In this document: positions 9,270-17,098 of the stretch, in pieces
How the letters are laid out: the number at the start of each line of letters is the position of its first letter
Position numbering within the stretch: the first letter of the stretch is position 1
Assembly (NCBI RefSeq): GCF_910588715.1
Contig: NZ_CAJURG010000004.1
Location: 60,627 to 124,626 of the forward strand
Length of the DNA stretch: 64,000 bases
Direction of reading: 5' to 3'
From: an uncultured Clostridium sp.
GTDB taxonomy: Bacteria > Bacillota > Clostridia > Clostridiales > Clostridiaceae
Program-made: the position numbers and the translations under genes
Notes under the pieces: generated by a model
What the model was told of the DNA's origin: nothing
The model's input: only the letters and a program-made list of their open reading frames with translations
Database searches by the model: none

Positions 9270-11063
9270 TTATTCTTTAAAATATTCAATAATACTTTCA
9301 ACTAATAAATTTATTTCTTCGTTTTCATTAAGTATAAAAACATTTTTGTTAAAATAATTATTTAAAATCTTTTTACATTTCTTTAACTCAATATTGCTTA
9401 CTTTATAATAATTATTTCCTGTTATTGACCATTTATTATTTTTTAACAAAGGAAATAATACAAGTGCTATAATCTTACCTTGAGTTAAGCTTTCAATATA
9501 AGAAATTGTTCTCTCTATATATTCAATTTCATCTGTAACATTTACACATAATATTATAGCATCGGGATTGCTAGCTAATAATAACTCATGTTGTGCTAAA
9601 GGATAAAACCCTATATTTCCACTAGTATATGGTATTGTTTGAGATTGAGATCCTACTAATATAATATCATTTTCTCCATTATCAATTTTCGAAAGTTTCT
9701 CATTAATAAATATTATAGATTCTTTTCCTCTTATATTGACTGTTGAATCATATCCTATTGGATAACAAAAATCCATTCCAAATAATAATGCTGATGGCTC
9801 AGTTCCTAATTGACCAATTTTATATCCTTTTTCTAACAAAGCTTTTCTTAAATTTAACTGCAATGTATATTTTCCTTGCTTAGAGCTTGTTCCAAATATA
9901 CCCAATACCGGTATAGATATTTCATGTAATTTATTCAAATTTTTATTAGAAATATTTTCTTCACAAACATAAGGATAATAAACCCAATTACCTTGTGATT
10001 TTAAAATTTTTAATAAATCTTCATATTTGTTCAAACTATCGAAAGCATATAAATTCTTTTTATATTCTATACATTTTTTTAATATATATATAATAAAATC
10101 TTCTTTAGCTAAATTTGATAATATTCTCGTATGACCTAATATAAATGTATCAAATTTATCATTCCAATTTATTTTTCTTAAATCTTGAACTAAAAACTTT
10201 TTATTATCAATAATTTGTGAACCAATATTACAAGTTAATCTATAATCATATATTCCACTAATATCAAACTTTAGCATATCCTTAAATCTTATTATGCTAT
10301 GTATCTCTTTATTAAAAGGAAAAATTATAGCATTATTTATTTCTCCAATTTTACTTAATGCCTCCTCCTCCTTAACTTTTAATACACTAATAGCACTATG
10401 TTCTAAAATATCCATAATTTCAGACTTAGATTTTATTTTCTTATTAATAAGATTTGAAATTTTCGCAGTAATATATGGTGCTGCAAAACTGGAACCAGAT
10501 ACATTTTTATAAGAATTATTTATCCATGGTAATCTTTGCTCTCTTCCTATTGCCAAAAAATTAACACTACTATTTTTGACCATGAAATAATCAGTTGGAT
10601 TAATGCAATCAATATTCCAATCAACTCCTATTACGGACTTATAAGCTGCTGGATATGAAATTGCACCATTATTATCAAATGCTGCAACTATAATGATTCC
10701 TTTTTCTATTAACCTATTACATATTTCTTCTAACTCAATTTTTTGAGTAGTTTCTGTTACTCCATTACTAATATGTATTATATCAATATCTAAATTTTCA
10801 TAAATATAGTTAAGTGCAAATATTAAATCCTCTGTTGTAGTTTCTTTGTAAGAATCAAATAATTTTATTATATATATTTCTGAGTTTGGAATTAGTTTTT
10901 TAATCTGATATGTAATTGCCGTACCATGCCCTACTGTATCTTTTATATCTTGATTTACAAAATATTTATCATCAAATTCTATATTAATTCCTTTAAATTT
11001 ATATTCTTTCAATTTTTCATGTTCTTCTTCTACTCCACTATCTATTATTGCAATTTTAACCAT
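9270..11063 (-). CDS. Subtilase (S8) domain fused to a C-terminal domain of about 330 aa with a DUF1611-like P-loop; putative leader peptidase/maturation protein of the RiPP cluster
   Basis: 597 aa. Asp-His-Ser triad motifs in order: IAIIDSGV, VGHGTA, GSSFAAPY. The C-terminal half carries GTSSKQGKYT, which resembles the GTDxxxGK motif I recall for DUF1611-type proteins. AGGGGA RBS; start lies 33 nt after the precursor stop. Confidence 0.75.
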   Translation of the reverse strand: MVKIAIIDSGVEEEHEKLKEYKFKGINIEFDDKYFVNQDIKDTVGHGTAITYQIKKLIPNSEIYIIKLFDSYKETTTEDLIFALNYIYENLDIDIIHISNGVTETTQKIELEEICNRLIEKGIIIVAAFDNNGAISYPAAYKSVIGVDWNIDCINPTDYFMVKNSSVNFLAIGREQRLPWINNSYKNVSGSSFAAPYITAKISNLINKKIKSKSEIMDILEHSAISVLKVKEEEALSKIGEINNAIIFPFNKEIHSIIRFKDMLKFDISGIYDYRLTCNIGSQIIDNKKFLVQDLRKINWNDKFDTFILGHTRILSNLAKEDFIIYILKKCIEYKKNLYAFDSLNKYEDLLKILKSQGNWVYYPYVCEENISNKNLNKLHEISIPVLGIFGTSSKQGKYTLQLNLRKALLEKGYKIGQLGTEPSALLFGMDFCYPIGYDSTVNIRGKESIIFINEKLSKIDNGENDIILVGSQSQTIPYTSGNIGFYPLAQHELLLASNPDAIILCVNVTDEIEYIERTISYIESLTQGKIIALVLFPLLKNNKWSITGNNYYKVSNIELKKCKKILNNYFNKNVFILNENEEINLLVESIIEYFKE

Positions 11064-11096
11064 AATATCCCCTAAATTTAAAATATTTAATTAAAA

Positions 11097-11180
11097 TTAG
11101 CAACTACAAGCAAACCATCCATTTTCTGCATATAAGCAAATTTTGTTTTGCTTTTTATTTTTTTTCACAAGCTTTTTCAT
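11097..11180 (-). CDS. 27-aa Cys-containing RiPP precursor peptide MKKLVKKNKKQNKICLYAENGWFACSC (not in the ORF track)
   Basis: Hand translation of the minus strand: ATG at 11178-11180, TAA at 11097-11099. AGGAGG lies 8 nt upstream of the ATG. Lys-rich N-terminal part, C-terminal part with 3 Cys plus Trp/Tyr/Phe. Sits between the ACP-like gene and the S8 fusion, co-directional with two rSAM/SPASM genes. Confidence 0.7.
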   Translation of the reverse strand: MKKLVKKNKKQNKICLYAENGWFACSC

Positions 11181-11363
11181 ACACCTTTCCTCCTTTCCTA
11201 TTAAATTTTAATTATTATTAAAATAATAAACCTGTTTTAATTAAGTCTTTATTTTTAATAAACAGGATAACTAAAAATACTAATTATAGATAATTAAATA
11301 TATAACTTTAAAGTTAATATCTTTAATTATCCTGTTTAATTCAAACTTTTTAAAATTTTATTC

Positions 11364-11585
11364 TTATAAATATTTTGAAATTATATTTTCAAAAGCTAAT
11401 ATACTATTAAACTCTTCAACTAATAATTTTTCATTTTCTATTTCTATTGAAAAAAAATCTTCTATTTCCATTAATATACTAATAAATGTTAAAGAATCCA
11501 TATCAATAGTTTCTTCTAAGTTTTCTTCATTTACCTCAATAGCATTATCTTTAAAAATCTGAATAATATTATTTTTAATGTCCAT
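11364..11585 (-). CDS. Acyl-carrier-protein-like small protein
   Basis: 73 aa, acidic. IDMDSLTFISILMEIEDFF reproduces the ACP helix II signature (D-S-L with the candidate phosphopantetheinyl Ser, followed by an acidic helix). Confidence 0.7.
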   Translation of the reverse strand: MDIKNNIIQIFKDNAIEVNEENLEETIDMDSLTFISILMEIEDFFSIEIENEKLLVEEFNSILAFENIISKYL

Positions 11586-11601
11586 ATTTTATTCTCCCTT
11601 A

Positions 11602-12939
11602 TCATATATCTATGCACTTATTAAAATTACTTGCATTTATAGCTTGCAATCTAAAAAGTTCAATAATTTCATATTTTCTACAAGCAATTTCTGATTTTTT
11701 CAGTTTTTCATAAGAGCATCCTACCATTCCACAAAAAGGTAATACGCTACAGTTAAAACAATCTTTCTCCCTTTTGTTTAAGCCTGTCCATAAATTTGAT
11801 TTTTTAATATTTACCTTATCTAATGAATTATTAATATTACCTATATTATTTAAATCTTTAAATTCTTCATCATATATTGCAAGTGTACATTTATTCAAAC
11901 TTCCATCATAGTTAACTATAAATCCATTTTTTTTACTTCCATCACAGATAGATTGATATTTATTATATTCATAAAAACGAGGTAATTGAATATTAAGTTC
12001 AGTTGCCCTATTCATCCATTTTAATAAAATATCACTTTCTTTATTTATAATTTCATTTTTTATATTCTCTATTTTAACTCCTCCCCAATCTTTTACTCTT
12101 TCTAAATATAAATAAAATCTTCTATCATCTCCAAATTCACTTTTATAAAATTTAAGAAAATCTTCTCTATATTTATCAATTTCTTTAGTTAAATTTACTC
12201 TTATAGCTATTTGAAAAACCTTTAATTTGATATTATCCCTAATATCACGCAAATTATTTATTATAGTATCAAATGATTCTTGTCCATTTTTAAATCGTCT
12301 ATATTTATTATGTGTTTTATTAATCCCATCAATAGTAATTTGATAAAATAAAATATTATTTCTAATTAATTTATTAAATGTAGAAATATCTAATTCTGAA
12401 CCATTAGTAGTAATTGAACCTATAAAATTCACCTTATTTTTTTTACATATATTTTTAATTTCACTAGAAATATTTATAACTTTATCTTTACATATTAATG
12501 GTTCTCCACCAAACCAATTTAAACTTAAATGCTTATAATTATATATATTTACCGAAACAAATTTCATTAATGACTTTATCACAGTATCACTCATATAATG
12601 TACTTGATCTTGTTGATAACAGTACTTACAATTAAAATTACAAGCATCAGTTGGAACTATTGTTAAATTCATAAAATCATATCCATAAATCGATTTTTCA
12701 ATTTCGTCTTTCACAATTTTCATTTCATTAATATCCGATTTAACTATAATCCCCGTATCTAACATTTTTTTTACTAAATTCTTATTGGTAATTTTTAAAT
12801 CATTATTCAATATTTTTAATACTTCATCTTCATTTTCTTTTGAAATCCTTAACATTTTATTTGAATATGTATTAATAATTAATAAATTATTATTAATATC
12901 TCTACATTTTATATTAAAAATTGATTTATTATAATTCAT
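11602..12939 (-). CDS. Radical SAM/SPASM peptide maturase with N-terminal RRE-like extension
   Basis: CNFNCKYC (CX3CX2C) at about residue 100 after an N-terminal extension. C-terminal auxiliary-cluster Cys motifs: CDGSKKNGFIVNYDGSLNKC and CFNCSVLPFCGMVGC...C. Start moved to ATG 12939 (GGGGGTG RBS), overlapping the upstream gene by 11 nt. Confidence 0.85.
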   Translation of the reverse strand: MNYNKSIFNIKCRDINNNLLIINTYSNKMLRISKENEDEVLKILNNDLKITNKNLVKKMLDTGIIVKSDINEMKIVKDEIEKSIYGYDFMNLTIVPTDACNFNCKYCYQQDQVHYMSDTVIKSLMKFVSVNIYNYKHLSLNWFGGEPLICKDKVINISSEIKNICKKNKVNFIGSITTNGSELDISTFNKLIRNNILFYQITIDGINKTHNKYRRFKNGQESFDTIINNLRDIRDNIKLKVFQIAIRVNLTKEIDKYREDFLKFYKSEFGDDRRFYLYLERVKDWGGVKIENIKNEIINKESDILLKWMNRATELNIQLPRFYEYNKYQSICDGSKKNGFIVNYDGSLNKCTLAIYDEEFKDLNNIGNINNSLDKVNIKKSNLWTGLNKREKDCFNCSVLPFCGMVGCSYEKLKKSEIACRKYEIIELFRLQAINASNFNKCIDI

Positions 12940-13963
12940 TACTTTTTTCACCCCCATATTTTCCTTGAAATAGTAAACAATTTTTTATTGGTAATGATAA
13001 ATTATCATGAAGTTCTTTATTCATTGCTCTACATGGTCTACATCTATTTTTATATAAACACTTATTACATAAGGAAGAATTATCATTACTATTATTTCTT
13101 AACTTATATAATACTTTTGAGTTTTTCCAGTAATCCTGTATATTTTCAAATGCTTCTCTATGATACAAATGAGTGCATGGTAAAAACTCCCCTTTTTTAG
13201 TTATTGCACAAAATGTTTTTCCTGCATTACATCCAGTCATTTTAGGTACATTACCATCAAAACAAAATGCCCCTAAAATATTATAGCAATTTTGTATAGT
13301 TATATACTTATCATTGTCATTTTTTTTAATAACTTCTCTAACTAATTCATAATCTGATTTAGTTAACTCTGAATTTATTTCTCCATAACTTGTTAATTTA
13401 TTAGCAACTATATTTATTTTAAATGCTTTAAATCTTTTAGCTAAATTAATCATATTAATTAAATCTTTAACATTATCATGTCTTGCTACCCAATTTATAG
13501 AATACTTTATATCTAATTTAAATAATAAATCAATAGCTTTCATTGTTATATCAAATCCATCTCTAGATTTATTGTGTATATATTTATTAGATCCATTTAA
13601 TGATAATAGGAATTCTACCTTGGTTCCCTCCAGCTTTTTCAAAAATATTGTGTTTATTCCATACCCACTTGTAAAACATACAGGAATAATATCTGCTTCA
13701 GAAATCCTCCAAATAATATCTATTATTCTACTATGAAGTAAAGGCTCTCCCCCATTTAAAACTATTTTCTTTACACCAATACTTTTTGCTTCATTTATTA
13801 TCTGTAAAATCTTTTCATAACTCATTTCACCCTGTCTTTTTAGATCTTTATAACATTGTTTACAATGTAATGGACAAATATCCGTTATTTCCACTTGTAG
13901 TAACTTTGGATTAATTAAATATTTATTTTTCTTTAAAAACTTTAATTCAGTTAAGGTATTCAT
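12929..13963 (-). CDS. Radical SAM/SPASM-like enzyme (short, no N-terminal recognition domain)
   Basis: 344 aa. CPLHCKQC (CX3CX2C) near residue 30. C-terminal Cys cluster: CNAGKTFCAITKKGEFLPC...CNKCLYKNRCRPC. Confidence 0.85.
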   Translation of the reverse strand: MNTLTELKFLKKNKYLINPKLLQVEITDICPLHCKQCYKDLKRQGEMSYEKILQIINEAKSIGVKKIVLNGGEPLLHSRIIDIIWRISEADIIPVCFTSGYGINTIFLKKLEGTKVEFLLSLNGSNKYIHNKSRDGFDITMKAIDLLFKLDIKYSINWVARHDNVKDLINMINLAKRFKAFKINIVANKLTSYGEINSELTKSDYELVREVIKKNDNDKYITIQNCYNILGAFCFDGNVPKMTGCNAGKTFCAITKKGEFLPCTHLYHREAFENIQDYWKNSKVLYKLRNNSNDNSSLCNKCLYKNRCRPCRAMNKELHDNLSLPIKNCLLFQGKYGGEKSNEL

Positions 13964-14009
13964 TGTTCTTCTCCCTAATTACTTATTAAATAATAATCTA
14001 TGTTAATTA

Positions 14010-15668
14010 TTAAATTACACACTTCAAACTTAAATTATCATAACTATCAATTTCTACTATTTCTCCCTTATCCATAACTATAATTTCATCATACCTTTGT
14101 AATAATTCTTTATTGATTTTATGAGTTATAGTTATTATTGTAAGGTCTTCTTGATTTAATAACTTATCTTCAATATCATATGCTGTTTTATTGTCTAGAG
14201 ATGAGGTTCCCTCATCTATTACTAATATAGGTGTATTTTGAATAATCGACCTAGCTATAGCTACCCTTTGCTTTTCACCACCAGATATATTTTTCCCATT
14301 TTCCCCTACTGAATAATCTAATCCATCTTCTAATTTATATAAAAATTTATTTACTCCACTTGCTTCTAATGCACTTTTTATCTTTTGATCATCAAATTCT
14401 TTCCAAAGTAAAATATTATTTTTTATACTATTATCAAACATATAAACATTTTGATGAATAATTGATAATAACTTACTTAAACTTTCATATTTAACCTTTT
14501 TAATTTCTTGATTATCTATTGTTATACTACCATTATAGGTATCATAATATCCTAAAATAAGCTTTATTAAAGTGCTTTTACCACAACCACTTTCTCCAAT
14601 AATGGCATACTTTTTATTCTTTTTAAATGTACAATTTATATTCTTTAATACGTTTTTGTCACTTTCATAACCAAAATCTAAATTTCTTATTTTAATTTCA
14701 TGATTAAATGAACCTACTTCTTTAAGATTATTACTACTATTTTCAGTATTTATTATATCTATAAGCTTTTTATTTACGCTTTTCATACCATTAATTTGAG
14801 TAGCTCTTTGAATTATCCACATTATAGGCCCATGAATTCCGTTTCCTAATTGTATTACAGCTATTAAGCTTCCTATAGATAAACTTCCCCTTAATATAAA
14901 AAATCCACTAATAATTAACCCAGTTATTTGACAACCTATAGCTAAAAATGATGAAATTGAATCGGTAAATGCTCTAATATTATCGCTTTTAAACCTATAA
15001 TTTGAAAGAGTAATATTTTTTTTATTAAACTCTTTATTTATGATTTTATTTAAGTTATAAGATTTAATTACCTCATAACCTAAAAACATATCTTTTATTA
15101 TGTTTGTGAATACACCTAATTTAGTAGATAATTCTAGTTGATTTTTATCTATTATTTTACTAAATATAATTGGCACTACTAACATTAACATGGCAGTTAA
15201 AAATAAAGATAATGTAACCCATACATTTAAAGATAAAAGAATTATAACTGTTCCAATAAACATAACTATATAACCAATCATTAATATTATTGGATTTATA
15301 TAATTATTTTCTACTAAAGAAATATCATTAGTTAAATGTGAAATATACTCTGCTGTATTATGAGAAGAAAAATCTTTATATCCTTTTTTAAATAATCCCT
15401 TAAATAAATCTTCTCTTAGTTTACTTACAGTTTTTTGTAAATACTTAGCATAAGTTGCACCTGTTAAATACTCAAAAAAGCTAAGAGTTAACGAATATAA
15501 AATAATAAATATAGCTAACCTTGCAAATTTATCAACATCACCATTCATTACAGTATCAACAATTTGTTGTAATAATAATGCAATAAAAACATACATAAGC
15601 GAAGTAGTAACTTTAAAAATTACAGTTAAACTTAATAATATTTTATATTTTAAAATATATTTTTTCAT
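14010..15668 (-). CDS. ABC exporter, fused permease/ATPase (no N-terminal C39 peptidase domain)
   Basis: 552 aa. About six N-terminal TM helices, Walker A GESGCGKST, signature ISGGEKQR, Walker B LVIDEGTS. Confidence 0.9.
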   Translation of the reverse strand: MKKYILKYKILLSLTVIFKVTTSLMYVFIALLLQQIVDTVMNGDVDKFARLAIFIILYSLTLSFFEYLTGATYAKYLQKTVSKLREDLFKGLFKKGYKDFSSHNTAEYISHLTNDISLVENNYINPIILMIGYIVMFIGTVIILLSLNVWVTLSLFLTAMLMLVVPIIFSKIIDKNQLELSTKLGVFTNIIKDMFLGYEVIKSYNLNKIINKEFNKKNITLSNYRFKSDNIRAFTDSISSFLAIGCQITGLIISGFFILRGSLSIGSLIAVIQLGNGIHGPIMWIIQRATQINGMKSVNKKLIDIINTENSSNNLKEVGSFNHEIKIRNLDFGYESDKNVLKNINCTFKKNKKYAIIGESGCGKSTLIKLILGYYDTYNGSITIDNQEIKKVKYESLSKLLSIIHQNVYMFDNSIKNNILLWKEFDDQKIKSALEASGVNKFLYKLEDGLDYSVGENGKNISGGEKQRVAIARSIIQNTPILVIDEGTSSLDNKTAYDIEDKLLNQEDLTIITITHKINKELLQRYDEIIVMDKGEIVEIDSYDNLSLKCVI

Positions 15669-15708
15669 ATTCCCTCCCTAATAATACTTTTTTAATTATT
15701 ACTTTTAT

Positions 15709-16767
15709 TTAATAATTTTCTAATATAAATTTTTCCATAATCTCTTTTACTTTTGATAAGACAATTCTTTCATTTTCATGAAAATCAATTAAATTTTTTA
15801 CAACTACATCAATATTTTTTCCGTTCCCATTTAAGTCATATTTAAGTGCTAAATTAAAGGCTATATATAATTTATTCGTTATATACTTATCTAATAAAAC
15901 AATATTATTTAAAGTAATATTATTAATTTTAAATAAATAATTAATTCTTTCATATAATATTTCTCTATAATCTATAATTTTCCTAATGTTAGTAGAATAA
16001 AAATACTCCTTGTCAGAATAATTATTTAATAAAATTTTTTCACCTGCATTTATTAAATCTTGTATACAAGCTAAATACCCATCATAAAACTCTACATCAT
16101 TCTTTAAATTATTATTTGTATATTTATATTTTGTTTCATTACATAATTCTAGAATATCATAGTACAACAAAAATATATTATCATCATAACTATATCCATT
16201 TTTCACCTTTATAAGATTGATTGGATAGTGATATTCTCTTTTATATAACAAAGTTTGTCCAATTTTATTTATATCTATTTTATCTAAATAAGAATAAGCT
16301 TTTTCTATATCTATATATGGTATTTCTTCAATGTCCCAACCTTTTTTCCCAAGAATAGGACATAAAAATACTTTTTTAATATCATCATATCCGAATATAA
16401 TCAATTCATGTATATATAATTCTTCAGTAGTATTCTCTACTCCTAAAATAGAATAATTGCATTCTAAAATAATATAATTATTTTCTTGAATACTTTGTTT
16501 AATGAAATTAATAATTTTATTAGATTTTATTTCTTTGTGTAAAAAACCCTTTATATTCAAAATATCATTATAAACACTAAGTTGATTATATATCTTACCT
16601 TTAACACCAAAAAAAACATTTCCATTACCATCAGCATAAATCTTATTATATTTTTCAAATTTCCAATTTTTCAAATTATCATATGCTTCTATTATGGCAA
16701 ACCTAAAAAAACTCCAGCATTCTGTTTCCAATCTATTCTTTAATGATATAGGTAGAACTTTTTTCAT
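15709..16767 (-). CDS. Hypothetical 352-aa protein, first gene of the RiPP operon (possible papain/BtrH-like fold, weak)
   Basis: GGAGGA RBS, no TM or signal peptide. N-terminal Cys (LETECWSF) and later His-Asp (IHELIIFGYDD) are spaced as in Cys-His hydrolase/acyltransferase folds. No motif I can assign with certainty. Confidence 0.6.
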   Translation of the reverse strand: MKKVLPISLKNRLETECWSFFRFAIIEAYDNLKNWKFEKYNKIYADGNGNVFFGVKGKIYNQLSVYNDILNIKGFLHKEIKSNKIINFIKQSIQENNYIILECNYSILGVENTTEELYIHELIIFGYDDIKKVFLCPILGKKGWDIEEIPYIDIEKAYSYLDKIDINKIGQTLLYKREYHYPINLIKVKNGYSYDDNIFLLYYDILELCNETKYKYTNNNLKNDVEFYDGYLACIQDLINAGEKILLNNYSDKEYFYSTNIRKIIDYREILYERINYLFKINNITLNNIVLLDKYITNKLYIAFNLALKYDLNGNGKNIDVVVKNLIDFHENERIVLSKVKEIMEKFILENY

Positions 16768-16802
16768 ATATCCTCCAACTCTATTTCTAATTTATACATA
16801 AA

Positions 16803-16831
16803 ATTGTATCATTTACCATAAATTATGTAAA
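16803..16831 (-). promoter_or_regulatory. Sigma-A-type promoter of the RiPP operon
   Basis: Minus strand TTTACA (16826-16831), 17 nt spacer, TACAAT (16803-16808), about 35 nt upstream of the orf352 start. Confidence 0.55.
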
Positions 16832-17098
16832 CGATTTTATTTACTTTTAACACTTTATTAACATATTTATTTTACTAAATTTATACACTATTTTGTAATT
16901 TATTGGTTATTAAAAAATAATTATGCTTTATTTAAGAAATTTTCAAATTTAATTAAAATAATTAATCTAATACTATAAATATATTAAACAAATTGTTATT
17001 AAATAAATTTATATAACTACTAAATTAAATTTTTTATTATTCTTTAATACTTATGTTATAATCGTATGAGAATTAATAGAAAAGGAGTAATTAATATT

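Noticed and set aside
9269-17047. 12-nt exact repeat ATTATTCTTTAA at both borders of the RiPP island (9269-9280 and 36-47 of 17000s, i.e. 17036-17047) as a possible att/target-site duplication
   Set aside because: A rough estimate for this base composition gives about 0.3-0.4 chance 12-mers between two 200-nt AT-rich flanks. No integrase, transposase or tRNA lies at either border. One copy overlaps a stop codon and the other a promoter region. This is insufficient to call a mobile element.
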